Below, piece by piece: positions 63,095 to 64,000 of a stretch of 64,000 nucleotides of DNA (within the stretch, counting starts at the first letter, position 1; each line of letters opens with the position of its first letter). Source of the stretch: an uncultured Planctomycetota bacterium (GTDB taxonomy: Bacteria; Planctomycetota; Planctomycetia; Isosphaerales; Isosphaeraceae); assembly GCA_963845755.1 (NCBI GenBank), contig CAWJTV010000005.1, positions 352,001 to 416,000 of the forward strand, given 5' to 3'. The position numbers and the translations under genes are program-made. The notes under the pieces are model-generated. The model made no database searches. It was not told where the DNA came from and saw nothing but the letters and a program-made list of their open reading frames with translations.

Positions 63095-64000
63095 CTACCG
63101 CTTCGATTGGTCCTGGGATTCGACGAGTTCTTGCACTGTTCGCCGTAGCAACACCTCGCCGCCGAAGGTCATGCCCAATGCCCGGATCTTACCCGTCTCG
63201 ATCTGATTCTTCGGCCCGCGGTTGAGGTCGGCGACCTCGCTCCGGCTCCCAGTCAACTCCTTCGCAATCCTCGCCACCTCCTGCTCGGCAACATAGCAGT
63301 CGTAGCAGTTGAATGCCTGGCCGGCGATCTTCTTCGCGTCGGCATTCAACAGCAATTCGATGGCTTGGGCGACGTCGGCGGCGTGGACCTCCTTGCCGCC
63401 CTTCTGCGAGGTCACCGGCTCGCCACGTACGACCTGGCCTACGAGGTCATACCAGCGGCTGGCCTGGGCCGGATGAGCCAGGCCGTAGATGCCGGTCGGC
63501 CGTAGGGCACAAATGGGCCAGCCCTGTCCAAGGCCATAGCTGTGGACGAATGCCTCCAGCGCAGCCTTGTGCGCCCCGTAGTGGCTGGTCGGCCAGAGCG
63601 GATGAGTCTCGTCCAGCGGCCGATTGTCCATAATCACCTCATGGACGGCGCAGGTGGAGAGGAACACGAATCGTGGCACTCTGGCCTCGAAGGCAGTCTG
63701 GAAAAGTTGCAGTGAGCCGGTCAGATTGACGCCTAAGAACACGCCGGGTGCACCGTGACTGCCGCGGACCCGAGTGCGCCGGCCTTCCCACTCGACGGCC
63801 GCGTGGACGATAGAGTCTACACCCTGGACCAGCTCGCTGACCGACGACTCATCGCCGAGCGAGCCCGGCAGCCACTCGATGGCTTCAGCCTGCGACTCGA
63901 AACCGCTGCGATCGCTGCCCGGCCGATACCAGCAGCGAAGGTGATGGCCTCCGCCCGCCAGGCGACGCACCAGGTAGCGACCAAGGAGGCCCGTTGCACC
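63095..64000 (-). CDS. NAD-dependent epimerase/dehydratase; 5' end beyond the window
   Basis: GATGLLGRYLV at the edge, VHAA, FVFLST, YGAHK, LRPTGIYG. Confidence 0.88.
   Translation of the reverse strand, partial: GATGLLGRYLVRRLAGGGHHLRCWYRPGSDRSGFESQAEAIEWLPGSLGDESSVSELVQGVDSIVHAAVEWEGRRTRVRGSHGAPGVFLGVNLTGSLQLFQTAFEARVPRFVFLSTCAVHEVIMDNRPLDETHPLWPTSHYGAHKAALEAFVHSYGLGQGWPICALRPTGIYGLAHPAQASRWYDLVGQVVRGEPVTSQKGGKEVHAADVAQAIELLLNADAKKIAGQAFNCYDCYVAEQEVARIAKELTGSRSEVADLNRGPKNQIETGKIRALGMTFGGEVLLRRTVQELVESQDQSKR

Overview
GC-rich bacterial DNA whose gene content (LEPRxLL-type export motif, DUF1501 remnant, ECF sigma/Ser-Thr kinase pair, DUF1080/ThuA, carboxypeptidase-regulatory repeat protein) points to a planctomycete, probably Isosphaerales (inference). 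Layout from left to right: (1) 1-20.6 kb, a minus-strand polysaccharide/glycosylation locus. In transcription order it holds wecA-like, wzc, an O-antigen-ligase-like gene, an FHA-like/TPR protein, exosortase, EpsI, gmd, GT4s, an acyltransferase, wzy-like, GT2, FkbM and a GT-C gene. A PEP-CTERM gene is transcribed divergently from it. (2) 22.6-38.6 kb, an LRR protein, palindromic repeats, a Ser/Thr kinase-TPR gene, hemD, and an ECF sigma plus zinc-finger kinase divergent from a ~1950-aa adhesin. (3) 38.6-49.7 kb, an unusual nitrate-assimilation cluster and the best candidate for an under-described system: a PilJ/NarX-type sensor on a FixL-like kinase, a FixJ-like regulator, a sigma54 promoter, a fused DmsB-DmsC quinol module, a Tat-less NasA, fused NirB-NirD and NarK. 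(4) 50-64 kb, secreted proteins and sugar-catabolism enzymes. About 17 apparent frameshifts break otherwise intact genes and are most likely sequencing errors. No rRNA, tRNA, CRISPR array or transposase was recognised. All calls come from reading motifs by eye; no database searches were run.
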